From: Armatimonadota bacterium
GTDB lineage: Bacteria; Sysuimicrobiota; Sysuimicrobiia; Sysuimicrobiales; Humicultoraceae
Length of the DNA stretch: 64,000 bases
Assembly (NCBI GenBank): GCA_037443365.1
Contig: JBBIOM010000001.1
Coordinates: 65,693 to 129,692 of the forward strand
Direction of reading: 5' to 3'
Numbering within the stretch: the stretch's first letter is position 1; each line of letters starts with the position of its first letter. The notes under the pieces are model-generated. The model searched no databases and was not told where the DNA came from. It saw only the letters and a list, made by a program, of their open reading frames with translations. Positions 61,356 through 64,000 of this stretch are shown here, piece by piece. The position numbers were made by a program, and so were the translations under genes.

Positions 61356-62564
61356 GTGGCGCCGACCATGGACACCCACACGGACAGGGTAGAGCACGGC
61401 AACTGGGACAGGGCGCTCGAGCAGGCCGCCCGCGCATTCGGCGGCTGGCTCAATGCGCACACGCACCTTGACCGGGCCAACACCTTCGCGCCCGAGTTCC
61501 TGCAGCATGCCAACATCGATCCGATGGGCGCGGCGGGCCTCTCGCTCCCGGTCAAGCAGATCCTGGTGGGCGAGCTGCACAAGGGCCTCGCCTACCAGCC
61601 CGAGAGCCTCTATGCCCGCATGCGGGCCGAGCTGGAGCGCATGGAGGCAATGCACACGCGCGAGGTCATCTCGTTCGTGGACGCCACCCCGGACATCGGG
61701 CTGGTGGCCATCGAGCAGGCGGCGCGGCTGCGCGAGGAGTTCCGGGGCCGGCTTGCGCTCCGGATCGCGGTTTCGCCGATATTCGGCTTCAAGAACCCCA
61801 GGACCAACCCGGACCGTTGGGACGTGTACAGGCAGGCGGCCGAGATCGCCGACGTGCTGGGCGGGCTGCCCTCTCGGGACCGCGCGGAGGGCCGCGTGGG
61901 CTTCGACGGACACGTCCGAATGGTCCTGGAGCTCGGAAAGGCGCTGCGCAAGCCCGTGCACTTCCAGGTGGACCAGGACAACGATCCGAGGGAATCCGAG
62001 ACCGAGCAGCTCGTGCAGGCGGTGAGGTGGCTGGGATCGCCCGCGGCGGACGGGGAGAACGGTCCCACGGTATGGGCCGTACACGCCATCTCGCCATCGT
62101 GCTACGAGGAGGGCCGCTTCCAGCGCCTGGTGGAGGACCTGCTGGCCCACCGCGTGGGCGTCATCTCCTGTCCGACGGCGGCGCTGTCCATGTTCCAGCT
62201 CCGCCCCATGGTGGCGCCGCTGCACAACTCCGTGGCGCGGCTGCTGGACATGATGGCCGCCGGCGTGCCCGTGCGCATCGGAACGGATAACATCTGCGAC
62301 ATCTTCATCCCCAACGGCGACGGCAGCGCGCGCAGCGAGCTGTGGGTGGCGGCCTCTGCGCTGCGGTTCTATCACACGGTGGTCTGGGCGAAGATCGGGG
62401 CCGGTGTGGCCCTTAACGAGGGCGACCGCGAGTGGATCCGGCAGGCCCTGGCGAGGGCGCGCGACACCTGGTCCACGGTGCGGGCGACGCTCGCAACAGC
62501 GGCGTCAGACGGCAACCGCCGGGACCACGCCGAGGACAGAACGCACCTGGCCGCGGCGCGGTAG
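61356..62564 (+). CDS. Amidohydrolase, cytosine deaminase (CodA)-like
   Basis: NAHTHLD (HxH), LGGLP, HFQVDQDND, VHA, SCPT, IGTDNICD. Start is GTG 61356 or ATG 61368. Confidence 0.85.
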   Translation: MAPTMDTHTDRVEHGNWDRALEQAARAFGGWLNAHTHLDRANTFAPEFLQHANIDPMGAAGLSLPVKQILVGELHKGLAYQPESLYARMRAELERMEAMHTREVISFVDATPDIGLVAIEQAARLREEFRGRLALRIAVSPIFGFKNPRTNPDRWDVYRQAAEIADVLGGLPSRDRAEGRVGFDGHVRMVLELGKALRKPVHFQVDQDNDPRESETEQLVQAVRWLGSPAADGENGPTVWAVHAISPSCYEEGRFQRLVEDLLAHRVGVISCPTAALSMFQLRPMVAPLHNSVARLLDMMAAGVPVRIGTDNICDIFIPNGDGSARSELWVAASALRFYHTVVWAKIGAGVALNEGDREWIRQALARARDTWSTVRATLATAASDGNRRDHAEDRTHLAAAR

Positions 62565-62695
62565 CCTCACGGAGGAATCAGCGCGCGCAGACCTGAAGTG
62601 TATCGGTTGGCGGGCAGCGGCGGCGTGCTCCGAACGCCGTGCCTGACTGGGAGCCATCGCCGTCGCGCCAAGTCATCTGCGAGGAGGTTCCAGCC

Positions 62696-63976
62696 GTGAG
62701 GAAGGTCTGGACTGCGATAGCCGTCGCCGCCGCGGTCCTTGCGATGCCGGCCGCCGGCGCAGGGCAACCGCGAGTGACAATCACCTACTGGCAGTACTTC
62801 TTCGAGAGCAAGGTCAAGCTCGTTGACCAGCTCATAACCCAGTTCGAGGCCCAGTTCCCAAACATCAAGGTGGCGCACGAGCACTTCCCCTACGACGCCT
62901 ACAACCAGAAGGTGGCCAGCGCCGTCCCGGCCGGCACAGGGCCGGACGTGGTGAACCTGTTCTACGGGTGGGTGCCGCTCTACGTGGACAGCGGCTACCT
63001 GCAGCCGCTGCCGGTCGAGGCGTTCCCGCCTGTGCAGCTCGAGCGCGACTACATCCCGATGATCAGGGGGTCGAAGCTGGACGGCAAGTACTGGGCGATC
63101 CCCACGGCCGTGCGCAGCCTGGCACTGTTCTACAACGCCGATCTGTTCCGCGCGGCCAATGTGGTGCGGCCGCCGGTCACCTGGGATGAGTTTCAGGCCG
63201 CCGCCGAGCGCATGACCGCGCGCGACGACCGCGGCCGGATCACGACGATGGGCTTCGGGATCGCGCCTTCCGGGCAGGACCATCACCTGCTGCGCGAGGT
63301 GCTGTTCCGGCAGTGGGGAGCGTCGCCGTACAGCTCGAACAACCAGCGCGTGACATACGCGACGGACGCCGGCGCCGAGGCCCTGCGCTGGTACACCGAC
63401 CTGATCACCAAGTCCAAGGTCGGCGCCATCGACTTCTTCCCGGGCGCCGGGGGATACCGCAACGCCTTCATGGCGGGCAGGGCGGGCATGATCGTTGACG
63501 GCTCCTTTGCCATCGCCGCGATCCGGCGCGGGACGCGGGCCGCCTGGGGAGTTGCGCCGCTGCCCGGGCGCACGGTGGGCGGCGCGCCTTCCAACTTCGG
63601 CTCCTACTGGGTGCACGGCCTGACGAAGCGGGCGCAGGGACCTCGCCGCGATGCCGCGATCCAGTTCCTCAAGTTCCTGGTCTCGGAGCAGACGCAGCGG
63701 TTGTGGCTGGACGCGGTGGGCGAACTCCCGGCGTACAAGCGCCTGGTCGACGACCCGCGACTCGTCGCCGATCCGGTCTTTGGCCCGTTCGTCTCGGCGC
63801 TCCCTCACGCGCGCGCCACGTTCTTCGTGGATGAGGCCGCGCAGCGGCAGGTGCTGGTGGACGCGGTCAACGAGGTGGTGCTGAACAACAGGCCGCCCAG
63901 GCAGGCACTCGAGGAGGCAGCGGCCAAGGAGCAAAAGGTACTCGACGAGTTCTGGGCCAAGCGCAAGCGCCCGTAG
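62696..63976 (+). CDS. ABC transporter substrate-binding protein, carbohydrate/nucleoside (family 1) type
   Basis: Signal peptide, ITYWQY, FEAQFPNIKV, GPDV, ALFYNADLF, PPVTWDE, GMIVDGSF. GTG after GAGGAGG. Another ORF probably starts at the window edge. Confidence 0.9.
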   Translation: MRKVWTAIAVAAAVLAMPAAGAGQPRVTITYWQYFFESKVKLVDQLITQFEAQFPNIKVAHEHFPYDAYNQKVASAVPAGTGPDVVNLFYGWVPLYVDSGYLQPLPVEAFPPVQLERDYIPMIRGSKLDGKYWAIPTAVRSLALFYNADLFRAANVVRPPVTWDEFQAAAERMTARDDRGRITTMGFGIAPSGQDHHLLREVLFRQWGASPYSSNNQRVTYATDAGAEALRWYTDLITKSKVGAIDFFPGAGGYRNAFMAGRAGMIVDGSFAIAAIRRGTRAAWGVAPLPGRTVGGAPSNFGSYWVHGLTKRAQGPRRDAAIQFLKFLVSEQTQRLWLDAVGELPAYKRLVDDPRLVADPVFGPFVSALPHARATFFVDEAAQRQVLVDAVNEVVLNNRPPRQALEEAAAKEQKVLDEFWAKRKRP

Positions 63977-64000
63977 GGTGGCCCTCGGGCGGGCGGGATG

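Noticed and set aside
62565-62695. Possible structured RNA between the amidohydrolase and ABC binding-protein genes
   Set aside because: Only short GC-rich pairings and no recognisable riboswitch motif; not distinguishable from chance by eye.

Overview
A gene-dense, very GC-rich bacterial chromosome segment that is mostly core genome. I found no transposase, integrase, prophage or CRISPR array. Bases 1-42 kb, almost all on the minus strand, are a rearranged form of the conserved Terrabacteria supercluster: thrS-comEC-holA-(rpsT)-murJ-hrcA-dnaJ-prmA-rsmE-[argCJBDGHR]-phoH-7TM/HD-ybeY-dgkA-corC-DUF502-cdd-[MgtE-N/CBS + NRAMP-like]-recO-glyQS-ppdK-dgt-hppA-hpf-secA-lnt. Bases 42-64 kb are more accessory: tRNA-Val(GAC), DUF2207, an amino-acid ABC pair, rlmD, a redox cluster, radical SAM/B3-4/ADH genes, an orphan pilin and several unassigned exported proteins. 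Readable regulatory elements include a Thr T-box, a CIRCE, tandem ARG boxes over an apparently leaderless argC promoter, a PyrR-binding leader and many sigma70-type promoters. The best candidates for undescribed biology are: (1) an operon of catabolic-type ornithine carbamoyltransferase, an arginine synthetase (ArcE)-like ATPase, a tandem GNAT and a C45 Ntn-hydrolase, with no carbamate kinase, in a genome that also has argGH; (2) divergent from it, a PyrR leader that appears to gate a 38-codon leader ORF running through a terminator, ahead of a CodA-like amidohydrolase with altered catalytic residues and an ABC binding protein; (3) an unknown lipoprotein gene between the Thr T-box and thrS. 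Firmicutes-style regulation plus lnt at high GC suggests an Armatimonadota/CSP1-3-like lineage (inference only). All family calls come from motif recognition by eye; no database searches were run.
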